A DNA stretch of 62,634 bases, the filler included, from Nitrospinota bacterium (GTDB lineage Bacteria > JAUXIQ01), in assembly GCA_030620925.1 (NCBI GenBank). It is 12 parts of 12 records of this genome, joined end to end, with 100 filler letters (N's around TTAATTAATTAA, not from the genome) between each part and the next. Parts side by side here need not be neighbours in the genome. Positions count along the whole stretch, not along the records: positions 43,460 to 49,686 come from JAUXIQ010000129.1; positions 49,787 to 56,902 come from JAUXIQ010000099.1; 10 more parts are not named here. The stretch is one strand, 5' to 3'. How positions within the stretch are numbered: the first letter of the stretch is position 1; every line of letters begins with the position of its first letter. The notes under the pieces were generated by a model. That model made no database searches. It was given only the letters and a program-made list of their open reading frames with translations, and was not told the DNA's origin. Positions 43,969 through 53,814 of this stretch are shown one piece after another. The position numbers were made by a program, and so were the translations under genes.

Positions 43969-44104
43969 TGCGGTTGTTCGTCGCTTCGGGGAAGCGGGGG
44001 CGGCCGCTGAAAGCTCATAATGCTGAATCTAATGACAGGCGATAATAGCCTCCAATTCAGTGTTAATTGTGCTTTCAGTTTAAAAGGGTGAAGAAACTGG
44101 GTGC

Positions 44105-44140
44105 AACCCTTAAGTCCGTTATGGGCTTGAGGGTTTTTTT
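44105..44140 (+). terminator. Terminator of the cobalamin riboswitch expression platform
   Basis: AACCCTTAAGTCC-GTTAT-GGGCTTGAGGGTT-TTTTT. Confidence 0.8.
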
Positions 44141-44194
44141 ATTTCAGGCACTGCCTTACCTTCATATAGGGAAAGGTCAGGGGGAGAGAGTGTT

Positions 44195-45679
44195 TTGACG
44201 GCGAAGGCTTTGATGGTTCAGGGCACAGGTTCTAACGTGGGCAAGTCCATACTGGTGGCGGGTCTCTGCCGCGTTTTCCTTCAGGACGGCTACCGCGTGG
44301 CGCCGTTTAAATCGCAGAACATGGCCCTCAACTCATTTGTGACCCGGAAAGGTGGAGAGATGGGCAGGGCGCAGGTTGTGCAGGCTCAGGCCTGCCGCCT
44401 GGAGCCGGAAGTCAGGATGAACCCCATACTCCTCAAACCCACCACCGACGTGGGGGCACAGGTTATATATATGGGCAAACCGGTGGGCAACATGACCGTG
44501 GAAGAATATATCGGTTACAAAGAGGAGGTTTTCCCGCGGGTGGTGAACGTTTTCAAGGAGCTGGCGGAACATAATGACCTGGTGGTGATGGAGGGGGCGG
44601 GCAGCCCGGCGGAAATTAACCTCAAAGAGCACGACATTGTAAACATGAAGATGGCCCTGGCCGCGGGCGCGGAGGTCATTTTAGCAGGGGACATCGACAA
44701 GGGGGGAGTGTTTGCGAGCCTGGTGGGGACCATGGAGCTTCTGGATGCTGCGGAGCGGGAGAGGGTCAAGGGGTTCGTGATAAACAAGTTCAGGGGTCGG
44801 GTCGAGCTGCTCGAGCCGGGTCTCGATTTCCTGGCACAGAGGACCGGCAGGGAGATCCTTGGCGTGGTCCCCTATATAAATAATCTCGCGCTGCCCCAGG
44901 AGGATTCCGTGGAATTCAAGTCCCGCAGGCAGGGTGTGGAGAGAAACCTTGATAATGACCGGGTGAATATAGCCGTGCTTGACCTGCCCCGTATTTCTAA
45001 TTTCAACGATCTAGACCCCTTCTATCTCGAGCCGGACGTGAACGTCAGCGTCGTGGGTCCCGGCCAGGCGCTGGGACGGCCCGACGCGGTTATCATACCC
45101 GGCTCCAAGAACACCATTGCGGACCTGGAGACCCTCCACCGGGAGGGGCGGGGGGAGCAGTTGCGACGGTTCGCCGCAGGGGGAGGCACGGTGGTGGGCA
45201 TCTGCGCCGGTTATCAGATCATGGGTGCCGTGATCAAGGACCGGCACCACATCGAGTCTTCACAGGAAGAAGCAGACGGCCTGGGGCTGCTGGACGTGGC
45301 TACGTCTCTGGTACCGGAGAAGACCCTTACCCAGGTGGAAGGTACGCATATAAAGAGCGGCCTGCCGGTGCGGGGATACGAGATACATCACGGCGAAACG
45401 CAGCGCGGAGGGCTCTCGGCGGTGGTCTCCATCGGGGATGGGCGGCTCGACGGTTCGCTCGGCGCGATAGGTAGCGTCTGGGGGACGTATATTCACGGCA
45501 TATTCGATGAAGACGCTTTTAGGCGCTGGTTCATAGACAGCCTTCGGGCGCGAAAAGGGTTGAAACCCCTGGAATCGGTCCAGGCACGCTACGACCTGGA
45601 GGTCGAGTTCGACAGGCTGGCCGATGTTATCCGCGGGAATGTGAACATGGATAAGATTTACGCCGTGCTAGACCTCTGA
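44195..45679 (+). CDS. cbiP: Cobyric acid synthase CbiP/CobQ
   Basis: QGTGSNVGKS, PFKSQNM, EGAGSPAE, INKFRG, PGSKNT, GICAGYQ, GYEIH. Confidence 0.96.
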   Translation: MTAKALMVQGTGSNVGKSILVAGLCRVFLQDGYRVAPFKSQNMALNSFVTRKGGEMGRAQVVQAQACRLEPEVRMNPILLKPTTDVGAQVIYMGKPVGNMTVEEYIGYKEEVFPRVVNVFKELAEHNDLVVMEGAGSPAEINLKEHDIVNMKMALAAGAEVILAGDIDKGGVFASLVGTMELLDAAERERVKGFVINKFRGRVELLEPGLDFLAQRTGREILGVVPYINNLALPQEDSVEFKSRRQGVERNLDNDRVNIAVLDLPRISNFNDLDPFYLEPDVNVSVVGPGQALGRPDAVIIPGSKNTIADLETLHREGRGEQLRRFAAGGGTVVGICAGYQIMGAVIKDRHHIESSQEEADGLGLLDVATSLVPEKTLTQVEGTHIKSGLPVRGYEIHHGETQRGGLSAVVSIGDGRLDGSLGAIGSVWGTYIHGIFDEDAFRRWFIDSLRARKGLKPLESVQARYDLEVEFDRLADVIRGNVNMDKIYAVLDL

Positions 45680-45729
45680 ACCATGAGACATGATACAAAA
45701 TTGAGGAGACTGCTCGCTCATCAGACGCC

Positions 45730-47169
45730 ATGAATCATGACGGTAGACAAAAAATACCCCGCATCGTTATCGGGGGAACTCACAGCGGTGTGGGGAAGAC
45801 CACGATCACCCTGGGTATCATCGCCGCCCTGAGGCGGAAAGGGCTCGCCGTTCAGCCGTTCAAGGTGGGCCCCGATTATCTGGATGCCACGTACCACACG
45901 GTGGCCGCCGGCAGGCGATGCCGAAACCTGGACGGATGGATGACCGACCGCGATTACGTGGGGGCTTCCTTCGCCAGGGCCTGTCGTGATGCGGACGCGG
46001 CCGTGGTGGAGGGTGTCATGGGTATGTTCGACGGGTTCAGCCCCACCGGCGAGGAGGGGAGCACGGCGCAGATGGCCAAGTGGCTCAAGGCGCCTCTCCT
46101 TCTGGTGGTGGATGCCAAAGGCGTGGCCAGGAGCGGGGCAGCTATGGTCAAAGGTTACTCCACCTTCGACCCTTCGCTTAGTCCGGCAGGGGTGGTCTTC
46201 AATAACGTGGGCAGCGACTCCCACCTGAATCTTCTGAGAGAGGCGGTGGAGGCCGACGGCGGCGTTGCGGTGCTGGGCGGCCTGCCACAAGACAGGGAGA
46301 TAGAGCTTCCTCACCGGCATCTGGGCCTGGTAACCGCCGACGAAAGTGTAGTTGGAGAGGAGTTGCTGGTTTCCCTGGCTGACCTTGTTGTCCATTGGGT
46401 CGATCTGGACCGCCTCATGTGCCTCGCTGAATCCGCACCGCCGCTTGAAGGGCGGCCCGAGGGGAAGGCGCCGCAGGCCGCCGTGTGCAGGATAGCGGTG
46501 GCCCTGGATGAAGCCTTCCATTTTTACTACGCCGACAACCTGGAGCTGCTGGAAGAGGCCGGAGCCGAGATAGTCCATTTCTCCCCTCTGAGAGATCGAT
46601 CGCTACCCGCTGACATCAGCGGAATTTATCTGGGGGGCGGCTACCCGGAGGTGCACGCGGCGGTGCTGGAGGCCAACGGTGAGATGCGGTCGGCCATCGC
46701 CGATTTTGCTGAAGCCGGCGGACCCGTCTATGCGGAGTGCGGGGGCCTGATGTACCTGTGCAAAGGCGTACGCACGCTGGAGGGGAAATTTCACCGCATG
46801 GCGGGCGTGCTCCCCATGCACACCGTCATGCTTGAGAAATTGAGCGCATTGCGTTACGTGGAAGTGAACGCCAGGGAAAGGAGCGTTCTGGCTGAGCCGG
46901 GGACAATTTTCCGGGGGCACGAGTTCCACTATTCGAGATTGGAAGAGGAGTTCCGCCGGGAGCGGGGTTCTGATGTGAGTCTTACCTATGAGGTGAAGGG
47001 GCGGAGAGCGGGCGACCGTATGCTTGAGGGTTACAGCGTTAAGAACGTGCTGGCCAGTTACATCCATCTCCATTTCGGTTCCAACCCCGCTCTGGCCGCT
47101 AACTTCGTGAAGACCTGTCGTGACTGGACGACGCGTCAAGCGGTCCCTTCCGACATGCGTGAGAAATGA
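45730..47169 (+). CDS. cbiA: Cobyrinate a,c-diamide synthase CbiA/CobB
   Basis: SGVGKTT, FKVGPDY, EGVMG, RHLGL, AFHFYY, GGGYPE, AECGG, GHEFHYS. Confidence 0.96.
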   Translation: MNHDGRQKIPRIVIGGTHSGVGKTTITLGIIAALRRKGLAVQPFKVGPDYLDATYHTVAAGRRCRNLDGWMTDRDYVGASFARACRDADAAVVEGVMGMFDGFSPTGEEGSTAQMAKWLKAPLLLVVDAKGVARSGAAMVKGYSTFDPSLSPAGVVFNNVGSDSHLNLLREAVEADGGVAVLGGLPQDREIELPHRHLGLVTADESVVGEELLVSLADLVVHWVDLDRLMCLAESAPPLEGRPEGKAPQAAVCRIAVALDEAFHFYYADNLELLEEAGAEIVHFSPLRDRSLPADISGIYLGGGYPEVHAAVLEANGEMRSAIADFAEAGGPVYAECGGLMYLCKGVRTLEGKFHRMAGVLPMHTVMLEKLSALRYVEVNARERSVLAEPGTIFRGHEFHYSRLEEEFRRERGSDVSLTYEVKGRRAGDRMLEGYSVKNVLASYIHLHFGSNPALAANFVKTCRDWTTRQAVPSDMREK

Positions 47170-48176
47170 GGAGTGAATTCATGACTGAGCGGACGGGGGT
47201 AATCATCATCGGGCACGGCAGCAAACGGCTTGAAGCCAACGATACCCTGTTTCAGGTGGCGCGGGAATTGCGGGACAGGTTGGGGATGGAAGAGGTTGAA
47301 GCCGCCTTCTTTTCATTGGCTCAACCCGATGTCCCTTCAGTCATCGACGACCTGGTGATGCGCGGGTGCCGGCGCATAGTGGCCCAGCCCTATTTCCTGT
47401 TCAAAGGAAATCATACCAGCGTCGATATTCCGAAGTTGCTCGAAGAATGCAGGGAAACGCACCCTGGCCTGAAGATAGAATTTCTGGATACACTGGGCGG
47501 TGACTCCAGGCTGGTGGACGTCGTGGAAGAGAACGTGTTGACACGTCTTCCGTACCCCTGTTTGAAGACGGTTCCCGAGCCTGCCCGGATCGAAGCTACC
47601 AGTATGGAGTATATCGAAAAGCGACTTTCCAGCCGGGATATAGCTCCCGAGCGACTGCCAATAGTTAAAAGAGTGATACACTCCACGGCGGATTTCGAGT
47701 TTGCCCGTACCATGGTTTTTCACCCCCGGGCCGTTGAAGCCGGGATAAAAGCGCTGGCCGGGGGCTGCAACATAATAGTGGACGTTAACATGGCGATGGC
47801 GGGGATAACGGCCAAAGAGAACTCAAGGTTGGTCTGCGGCGTTCATGATGAGGACGTGAAAGAGGCCGCACGGAACGCGGGCATCACCCGCTCGGCGGCA
47901 GCCATGGAGAAACTTAAGGATGAGATGAAGGGGGCGGTGGTGGCCATCGGCAATGCTCCCACCGCCCTGTTCAAGGTCATCGAGATGGTCGAGAAGGGAG
48001 AGGCGGAACCGGCGCTGATAGTGGGTGTGCCGGTGGGGTTTGTCGGGGCGGCGGAATCCAAGGCTGTTCTCGCCGGACTGGATTACCCTCATATAACCAA
48101 CCAGGGGCCCCGTGGCGGCAGCCCGGTGGCGGCGGCTATTGTGAACGCCCTGGCTAAAATTGGAGAGGATGGATGA
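47166..48176 (+). CDS. Fused CbiX-type cobaltochelatase and cobalt-precorrin-8 methylmutase CbiC
   Basis: N-terminal GHGSK...PYFLFKGNH..DIP (CbiX); C-terminal IEATSM, IHSTAD, TRS, IGNAPTAL, PVGFV, GGS (CbiC). Confidence 0.9.
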   Translation: MRSEFMTERTGVIIIGHGSKRLEANDTLFQVARELRDRLGMEEVEAAFFSLAQPDVPSVIDDLVMRGCRRIVAQPYFLFKGNHTSVDIPKLLEECRETHPGLKIEFLDTLGGDSRLVDVVEENVLTRLPYPCLKTVPEPARIEATSMEYIEKRLSSRDIAPERLPIVKRVIHSTADFEFARTMVFHPRAVEAGIKALAGGCNIIVDVNMAMAGITAKENSRLVCGVHDEDVKEAARNAGITRSAAAMEKLKDEMKGAVVAIGNAPTALFKVIEMVEKGEAEPALIVGVPVGFVGAAESKAVLAGLDYPHITNQGPRGGSPVAAAIVNALAKIGEDG

Positions 48177-48967
48177 AGCACAGAGGGAGGGAAAGCTCCT
48201 TCGGTCGGTTAGGTTTCACCGGCGCGGGGGTGGTTATGCTGGTGCTGCTCGTGCCGCGGGAAGCGTCCGCCATGCACCTTTCAGAAGGCATCCTCCCCGC
48301 AAAGTGGGCGCTGCTCTGGCTGGCGATAGCCATCCCCTTCGTGCTGTTAGGCATACGGAAGCTGAAAGAGAAAAGCGATCAATTCCCGGCGTTCAAGCCG
48401 CACCTGGGGATGATGGGAGCGGCGGTGTTTCTCATATCGGCCATGCCCATTCCCGTGCCGGTGGCCGGTTCCTGTTCGCATCCGGCGGGGACGGGTATCG
48501 CAGCCATCATCATAGGGCCGTTCATGACCGTGGTAATAACCTCCATCGCCCTCTTGATTCAGGCGCTTTTCATGGCCCACGGGGGGTTGACCACCTGGGG
48601 GGCGGACGTGGTGTCCATGGGTGTGGTGGGCTCCTTTGCCGGTTATGGCGTTTTTCTGGCCATGCGCAAGCTCAAATTTCCGTTATTGATGGCCGCTTTC
48701 GCCGCCGGGTTGGTGGGTGACTGGGCCACCTATGCCGCCACGTCGATGGAGCTGGCCTCAGCCCTGCGCGGCACGGCGCAATTTGGGGATGTGTTCACCG
48801 CACTGGTTCTGGCCTTCGCTCCCACTCAGGTACCCCTGGGCATACTGGAGGGGTTCATGTCCGTGGGCGCTGTATCGTTTCTGTTAAGAAGGAGGCCGGA
48901 TATTCTATCCTCCTGGGGTGTCATGAAAAACCTGCCTGGATTTGCTTCCAAGGAGGCGAGAGCATGA
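48173..48967 (+). CDS. cbiM: ECF cobalt transporter S component CbiM
   Basis: Leader peptide then MHLSEGIL, GSCSHPAG, AHGGLTT, QVPLGILEG. Confidence 0.93.
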   Translation: MKHRGRESSFGRLGFTGAGVVMLVLLVPREASAMHLSEGILPAKWALLWLAIAIPFVLLGIRKLKEKSDQFPAFKPHLGMMGAAVFLISAMPIPVPVAGSCSHPAGTGIAAIIIGPFMTVVITSIALLIQALFMAHGGLTTWGADVVSMGVVGSFAGYGVFLAMRKLKFPLLMAAFAAGLVGDWATYAATSMELASALRGTAQFGDVFTALVLAFAPTQVPLGILEGFMSVGAVSFLLRRRPDILSSWGVMKNLPGFASKEARA

Positions 48968-49215
48968 AAGGACTGAGCTTTATTACCGCGTCATTGTTCG
49001 ATATTAAGCTCTTGGTAAAGTGGTCAGGCGTGGATGAGACGGTGGTGGAGCGATTCGCTGCAAAGGCTGGCAGGGAGCCGTGGGAGCCGTTTATAAATAC
49101 CGATACCGGAGACCTGTTGCTTTTCGTCTTCCTGGTGGCGGGGATCGCAGGAGGGTTTATGCTAGGGTACTATTACCGGAAGCTGTTCCGGGAAAAGCCT
49201 GGGGTTGGAGATTAA
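48964..49215 (+). CDS. cbiN: CbiN-like cobalt transport protein
   Basis: WSGVDE, C-terminal TM ending GYYY; lies between cbiM and cbiQ. Confidence 0.7.
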   Translation: MKGLSFITASLFDIKLLVKWSGVDETVVERFAAKAGREPWEPFINTDTGDLLLFVFLVAGIAGGFMLGYYYRKLFREKPGVGD

Positions 49216-49218
49216 ATC

Positions 49219-49686
49219 GTGCGGGATTATTGCGAAATATTTTCGGATATATTCGCCCACAGGGACAACTATCTTTCCCGGCTGGACGTCAGGGTGAAAC
49301 TGGTTTTTACGCTGGCCTCGCTGGTTCTCATCATTTCTTCCGGGGGTGTGTTCCTGCCTTTGTCCATGTGCATTTTTTCGTTTCTTATACTGTCCACAAT
49401 ATCCATTCCGCTAAGGCTAGCAGCCTTCAGGATGCTGGCCCCCCTGTGGATAGCGTCAATTATCATGGTGCTGCAGCTTTTCTTCTACGGTGAGCACAGG
49501 CTGTTCGAGCTTCAGGTCTTCGCATGGCGCCTGACAGGGTACCAGGAAGGGTTGGAGAGGGGGACGCTGATAGCGTCCAAGGTGCTGGGAGCGGGGTCGA
49601 TGTTGTTTTTCCTGAGCATGACCACCCCGGTCAATCAGATATTCGCCTGCCTGCGACGCCTAAAGTTTCCGGCGGTCTGGGTGGAA
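49219..49686 (+). CDS. cbiQ: ECF cobalt transporter T component CbiQ, 3' truncated
   Basis: RLDVRVKL, several TMs, TTP...LKFP. Confidence 0.88.
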
Positions 49687-49786
49687 NNNNNNNNNNNNNN
49701 NNNNNNNNNNNNNNNNNNNNNNNNNNNNNNTTAATTAATTAANNNNNNNNNNNNNNNNNNNNNNNNNNNNNNNNNNNNNNNNNNNN
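49687..49786. other. Artificial contig linker
   Basis: N44-TTAATTAATTAA-N44. Confidence 0.98.
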
Positions 49787-51469
49787 CCCAGCGCCGCGGA
49801 AAGTACTATCTTCAACCAGCAGGAGCTGGATGCGGGTCTCAGGCTCTCCTGCCAAACGGAGCTGACGGACGACCTCGCAGTGGACACCACACCCCAGAGG
49901 GAGGCGGAGTCCCTCCAGATACTCACTCAGGGGATTGGAAGGGAAACGGAGTTAAGCCCTGCCCTGAAAAAAATAGAGCTCGATCCGATAGAACCTTCCC
50001 TTGAAGACCAACGGGCCGACTGGGAACGGGTAAAAGATGCCGTAAAGGAAAAGTTCGGCGTTACCCTGCAACCCCCGAAGCGTGAACTGTTCCAGGAGCT
50101 CCCCGGCATTCTCAGGAAAAAGGGGGGTGCCCTTTCCATTTTTCTACACGGAAACGATATCCTGGAACTGGCCGGAGACAGCGAAAAGGGGCTCTACGGA
50201 GTGGCCCTGGATATGGGGACCACTACCGTGGTGGGCTACCTCATGGACCTCGAGAAAGGAAAAGAGCTGGCGGTAGCTTCCACGTTGAACCAGCAGTCAG
50301 ACCACGGCCATGACCTGATGTCACGCATAACTTACGCCCAGACGAGCGAAGACGGACTCAAGACGCTTCACGAAAAAGGAATAGCCTCCGTTAACAGGGT
50401 CATGGCGGAGCTGGCGGACGAAGCGGGTATCAGTGCCACCGATATCTACCATCTCACAGTGGTGGGTAATACCTGTATGCACCACTTTTTGCTTGAGCTT
50501 GACCCCCGCAACGTCGGGCTCTCACCTTATATCCCGGTGCTCACCGGCGCTTACACGGCCGAGGCCGGGGAACTGGGTATAAATGTGAACCCCGGGGCGG
50601 CGGTTGATTTCCTGCCCAACGTAGCAGGGTTCGTGGGGGCGGATATCGTGGGCGTCCTGCTCACCACCCTTATTCATCGAAGTCAGGAAATCTGCATCGC
50701 CCTGGATATAGGCACCAACGGTGAGATAGCCATGGGCAGCAGGGACGGCGTGCTGGTATGCTCCACGGCGGCGGGACCGGCCTTCGAAGGAGCCAGAATA
50801 AGGCACGGCATGCGTGCTTCAGCGGGTGCCGTTCATCGGGTGCACGTGGAAGACGGCGCACTGGTTGTGGAGACCGTCAATGAACAACCGCCCGTGGGGA
50901 TATGCGGCTCCGGTCTGATAGACGCGGCTGCCCTGCTCCTCAATCACGGACTGATGGACGAATCGGGTAGAATCCTGCTATCTTCAGAGGTACGGGAAGA
51001 CGATTCCGCATTCCTTAAGGAACGGCTTTACGAGGATGAAGACACCAGGGGGTTTATTGTGGCTTACCCCCACGAGTCTACCACAGGGGATGCGGTGGTA
51101 ATAACCCAGCAAGACATCAGAGAGCTTCAACTGGCCAAAGGAGCTATCTTCGCCGGTATCCAGATGCTAAAAAAAGAATTGGGCATAACCGATGAGGACG
51201 TGGCCAAAATCTATCTTGCCGGGGCCTTCGGAAATTATCTGAACCCCGCCAGCGCAATGCGTATGGGCCTTATACCGTTCGTGCCGCTTAAAAAAGTGGT
51301 GAGCATCGGCAACGCCGCCGGGCATGGGGCTCGGCTGGCGCTTCTCTCCACGCGGGAGATGGAGCAGGCTGAAGAAATAGCTTCCAGCATGAGGTATATA
51401 GAACTTGCGGTCATGAAGGACTTCCAAGACCATTTCATCCAGGCCATGAACTTCCCCGCTCAACTTTGA
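49787..51469 (+). CDS. ASKHA-family reductive activator of corrinoid proteins (RACo/DUF4445), 5' truncated
   Basis: End of 2Fe-2S domain (GLRLSCQ), DMGTTT, VGNTCM, FVGAD, DIGTNGE, AGPAFEG, GICGSG, LAGAFG, GNAA. Confidence 0.92.
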   Translation, partial: PSAAESTIFNQQELDAGLRLSCQTELTDDLAVDTTPQREAESLQILTQGIGRETELSPALKKIELDPIEPSLEDQRADWERVKDAVKEKFGVTLQPPKRELFQELPGILRKKGGALSIFLHGNDILELAGDSEKGLYGVALDMGTTTVVGYLMDLEKGKELAVASTLNQQSDHGHDLMSRITYAQTSEDGLKTLHEKGIASVNRVMAELADEAGISATDIYHLTVVGNTCMHHFLLELDPRNVGLSPYIPVLTGAYTAEAGELGINVNPGAAVDFLPNVAGFVGADIVGVLLTTLIHRSQEICIALDIGTNGEIAMGSRDGVLVCSTAAGPAFEGARIRHGMRASAGAVHRVHVEDGALVVETVNEQPPVGICGSGLIDAAALLLNHGLMDESGRILLSSEVREDDSAFLKERLYEDEDTRGFIVAYPHESTTGDAVVITQQDIRELQLAKGAIFAGIQMLKKELGITDEDVAKIYLAGAFGNYLNPASAMRMGLIPFVPLKKVVSIGNAAGHGARLALLSTREMEQAEEIASSMRYIELAVMKDFQDHFIQAMNFPAQL

Positions 51470-51613
51470 CCGGGTATTGACGCTCCGTCGGACACTGTGC
51501 TAATGTTTTGCCGCAGCCTGGAGAAAAAGACGTTTGGGAAATATTTTTGAACCCCGTGTTCCGCGGGGCATTCAAACTTCTTGCAAAAGCTTTTATGTTA
51601 AGTTGAGAGAACA

Positions 51614-51961
51614 ATGCGTAAGGATAAAGAGCTGAGGGTAAACGAGCACCCCATACTCGGTAGTGCTGAAGAAAGGCCCCGGGTGAAAATAAAGGTGGAC
51701 GATCAGTGGATGGAGGCCATCGAAGGGGAGCCGGTGGCCGCCGCGCTCATGGCTTCAGGAAAGATGGTCTTCCGCTACACCACCAGACTGAACGAGCCCA
51801 GGGGAGTGTTCTGCGCTATCGGCAGATGCACCGACTGCATGATGACTGTGGACGGTATCCCCAACGTCCGCACCTGCATAACTCCGGTCAGGGAAGGGAT
51901 GGTGATCCTGACCCAGAGAGGCGAAGGCAGATGGGAGGGCATCAGCTTTGAAAAAGGTTGA
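51614..51961 (+). CDS. [2Fe-2S] subunit (HcnA / sarcosine-oxidase-alpha N-terminal-like)
   Basis: EHPIL, GEPVAAAL, FCAIGRCTDCMM, RTC. Confidence 0.88.
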   Translation: MRKDKELRVNEHPILGSAEERPRVKIKVDDQWMEAIEGEPVAAALMASGKMVFRYTTRLNEPRGVFCAIGRCTDCMMTVDGIPNVRTCITPVREGMVILTQRGEGRWEGISFEKG

Positions 51962-53030
51962 ACTGGCCGTGATCGGCGCCGGCCCTGCCGGCCTTTGCGC
52001 CGCCATAGAAGGGGCGAAGCACGGCCTTCAGGTAACTCTCATAGATGAAAACATCCGGGCGGGAGGCCAGCTTTTCAAGCAGATACACAAATTTTTCGGT
52101 TCCGGGGTGCACCGCGCCGGAATCAGGGGAGTGGATATCGGCTCCCAGCTTCTGGACGAAACAGAGAAAGCGGGTGTTGAGGTTATGCTGGACACGGTTG
52201 TGTGGGGTCTGTTCGAAGACAAGGTCCTGGCCCTTGTCCACGAAGGACGCAGCACCCAGCTCAGCGCCGAGCGAATCATCCTGGCCGCGGGAGCCACGGA
52301 AAACGCACTGGCCTTCCCCGGCTGGACGCTGCCCGGTGTAATGGGCGCGGGTGCGGCGCAGACGATGATGAACATGCATCGCGTTATGCCGGGCAAGAAG
52401 GCCATCATGGTGGGCTCCGGGAACGTGGGGCTGATCGTGGGCTACCAGCTTATTCAGGCGGGCATCAAGCTTGAGCTACTGGTGGAAGCGGCTCCTGAAA
52501 TCGGAGGGTATTCAGTCCACGCAAGCAAGCTCGCGCGCAACGGCGTAAAAATTTTCACCTCCACCACCATTAAAGAAGCGAGAGGTGATGAACGGGTGGA
52601 GAGCGCGGTGACCGTTTCCGTGGATGAGAATTGGAATCCCGTGCCCGGCACTGAAAGAGAACATGAAGTGGACATGGTGTGCCTTGCCGTGGGCCTCTCA
52701 CCTCTCATCGAACTTGCCAGGCTGGCGGGGTGCGGATTCAAATACCTCTCGGAGCTGGGGGGGCATGTCCCGCTGCACGATGAAAAGATGGAGACGACTC
52801 AGCCGGGCATTTACGTTGCCGGTGACATTGCAGGTATAGACGAGGCCAGCACGGCCATGGAAGAAGGCAGAATCGCTGCCCTGGCGGCGGCCGAATCGCT
52901 GGGACGATTGGGCGGCGAAGAGGCGGACGCTCTTAAAAAGAGCGCCAGGAAAAGGATGGAAGAATTCTGGGACGGCTCCTTCGGCCGCCGGGTGAAGGCG
53001 TCCAAGGAGAGCCTGTCCGTTAAGGAGTAA
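51948..53030 (+). CDS. NAD(P)/FAD-dependent oxidoreductase subunit (HcnB/PdhA-like, without C-terminal BFD domain)
   Basis: GAGPAG, GGQLFKQIHKFFGS, FPGWTLPGV, GSGNVG, VAGD. Confidence 0.88.
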   Translation: MKKVELAVIGAGPAGLCAAIEGAKHGLQVTLIDENIRAGGQLFKQIHKFFGSGVHRAGIRGVDIGSQLLDETEKAGVEVMLDTVVWGLFEDKVLALVHEGRSTQLSAERIILAAGATENALAFPGWTLPGVMGAGAAQTMMNMHRVMPGKKAIMVGSGNVGLIVGYQLIQAGIKLELLVEAAPEIGGYSVHASKLARNGVKIFTSTTIKEARGDERVESAVTVSVDENWNPVPGTEREHEVDMVCLAVGLSPLIELARLAGCGFKYLSELGGHVPLHDEKMETTQPGIYVAGDIAGIDEASTAMEEGRIAALAAAESLGRLGGEEADALKKSARKRMEEFWDGSFGRRVKASKESLSVKE

Positions 53031-53036
53031 AGAAAA

Positions 53037-53528
53037 ATGACTTTGTTGAAAGACGGCGTTTTGACAAATGAAGAACTGGAAGCACTGCCCTGCGTGCCCG
53101 GCCGGGAAAGAATGGAAAAAGGCGCAGTGGTGGTTATCGAATGTCCGCAGGACATTCCTTGCAACCCCTGCGAACCTGCCTGTCCCAAAGGGGCCATCGT
53201 GGTCGGGGGACCCATAACCAACATACCCGTCCTCAAAGAAGACCTCTGCGACGGGTGCGGGCTCTGCGTTGCTCCCTGCCCGGGGCAGGCCATATTCGTG
53301 GTCGACCTCAATCACGGGAATGATGAAGCGGCGGTGAGCCTCCCCTACGAATTCCAGCCGCTGCCCGATAAGGGGCAGAAGGTGAAGGCTCTGAACCGGC
53401 GCGGCGAGGCCGTTCATGAAGGGACGGTGGTGAAAGTTCTAACACCTTCTTCCTTCGACAGGACGGCGGTGATTACCGTTACCGTGCCCAAAGAGCTGGC
53501 CATGGAGGTGCGCAGCATACGCCTGTAG
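53037..53528 (+). CDS. 2x[4Fe-4S] subunit
   Basis: CPQDIPCNPCEPACP and CDGCGLCVAPCP, PYEF.PLP. Confidence 0.88.
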   Translation: MTLLKDGVLTNEELEALPCVPGRERMEKGAVVVIECPQDIPCNPCEPACPKGAIVVGGPITNIPVLKEDLCDGCGLCVAPCPGQAIFVVDLNHGNDEAAVSLPYEFQPLPDKGQKVKALNRRGEAVHEGTVVKVLTPSSFDRTAVITVTVPKELAMEVRSIRL

Positions 53529-53536
53529 CGAGACAG

Positions 53537-53700
53537 GTAGGGGCGAGCGGTGCCAGCCTTTTATCACCCTCCCCTCAAGGGAGGTGAGCTTCAACTAAGC
53601 TGAACGCTCTTTAATAGTGAGGTAATAGTTGATATGAAAAGTGTGGTATCCGTTTTCCTCCCACTTTACCCCGCCTTCCGCGGGAGGACTCGCCCTTAAC
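53537..53700. repeat. Degenerate REP-like repeats inside the dehydrogenase cluster
   Basis: GTAGGGGCGAG...CTCGCCCT, TCACCCTCCCCTCAAGGGAGG, CCCGCCTTCCGCGGG. Confidence 0.6.
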
Positions 53701-53814
53701 CTTGAGTCAGGGAGAAAAGGCTAAGCGGAATACCAGCTTTAAAGAAATAAATTCAAATAAATTACTACAAAATCAATTACTCAAGTATATTATTATATAC
53801 AAGAGGTTAAACTA

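Noticed and set aside
43643-43969. 108-aa minus-strand ORF
   Set aside because: Antisense to the cobalamin riboswitch
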